From the NCBI GenBank assembly GCA_040954595.2, contig CM082594.2, forward strand, positions 11,734,985 to 11,798,984: a stretch of 64,000 nucleotides of DNA. Direction: 5' to 3'. The notes under the pieces were generated by a model that made no database searches, had not been told where the DNA came from, and was given only the letters and a program-made list of their open reading frames with translations. The stretch is from Balanoglossus misakiensis (Eukaryota > Animalia > Hemichordata). Of this stretch, positions 63,150-64,000 are shown piece after piece. Position 1 is the stretch's first letter; each line of letters opens with the position of its first letter. Both the position numbers and the translations under genes were made by a program.

Positions 63150-64000
63150 TTTTTTTCTGGGAAATTGGGACACACCTACCCCTAGCTCAGAACCACCAGG
63201 ACTGGTGTACAGGTAGACCAATTCACGAATGAAGTAAGGGACGAAAATAATCGTCAAAAAAGTGAGAAATCCTGTCAGAAAGGCAGACCTGCCAATTACA
63301 TGAGCCCTCTTGTATAACGACCTTTCATATTTTAACAACCAAATGGTAATAAATTAGCAACAAATGCTGTTACAATGTCAAAATTCCGGCGAAAAATCTA
63401 CCAAAAGAACCAAAAAATTGGCCAAGAAAAAGAACGTTGGTATCGCTCACGCAAGAGTGAGTTTGGGAAAAGAATTCAGTTGTAGAAGTGGAGTGATCGC
63501 GAGAGAAAATGGCCGTTTTAGAACATCTAACATGTCAGAGGGATAATGGCTTTCAGCGTTGTTGTTTTTCAATAAAAGAAATCGGAGATTTTCAACAGCA
63601 ACGTTTCAGAAGGTCGCGATAAAGGGACGCAAATTAAGAGGTATCTCGTCACCATAATAACGGCATTCTGCTTGAAGATCATGTACGGTCACTCTTTCCA
63701 TCGAAATACTTCAAAATTTGGCGTGAACGGCTGTATTTTGTGGCCGAAACGATCGAAAATGAATCGCTCGGGTGTCCACCATTATATTTGCTCTTGTTTT
63801 TTATAAAGGACTCGGGATAAATTAAGAGGCAATTTATGCATGACACGGACAGCGGCGAAAATTCGCCGGTTGCAAACCGCAAACACGCTCCAGCTATGAA
63901 AACTGAAAAATAATATTTCAAACCTTTACTATTTTAACGTCTCTGGCTTATAAGAAGTGAAAGATCTGCGAGAAAATCGGTTAAAGTGGGTGGAAAACCC
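63150..64000 (-). promoter_or_regulatory. Probable promoter / non-coding first exon region of the BAZ2B-like gene
   Basis: CpG frequency visibly rises relative to the intron. Minus-strand donor candidates are GG|GTAGGT (63178-63179) and AA|GTAAGT (62990-62991). Motifs: TCGCGAGA at 63497-63504, TCGCGA at 63614-63619, YY1-like AAAATGGC at 63506-63513. Confidence 0.45.

Noticed and set aside
44126-63921. Numerous 60-125 aa ORFs in the large 5' introns and upstream region
   Set aside because: No recognisable domains, composition typical of random AT-rich translations, and no consistent splice chain. The exceptions are the exons at 47861-48070 and 51796-51871.

Overview
Eukaryotic (metazoan, probably invertebrate) genomic DNA in three parts. 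(1) Bases 1-~22190 are a homogeneous, head-to-tail 87-bp satellite array of about 255 copies, cut off at the window start. It has an 88-bp variant family, nested higher-order repeats (8, 9 and 23 monomers) and a palindrome-rich monomer. It ends in a ~126-bp fold-back whose two arms are both diverged copies of the monomer. (2) About 22.4-25.1 kb is a spacer containing an old ~490-bp tandem duplication. (3) The rest is a minus-strand, intron-rich BAZ2B/toutatis-like gene. I reconstructed 33 phase-consistent coding exons by hand (ATG at 51871 to stop at 27275; 2169 aa; AT-hook, MBD/TAM, DDT, WHIM1-3, two PHD fingers, bromodomain). The model includes one GC-AG intron and a 33-nt microexon, with a ~2.1-kb 3' UTR and a probable promoter/first exon near 63-64 kb. 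The giant ORFs in 1-22 kb are read-throughs of the satellite, not genes. No CRISPR, tRNA, rRNA or autonomous transposon was recognised. No database searches were run, so homology calls rest on motif recognition.
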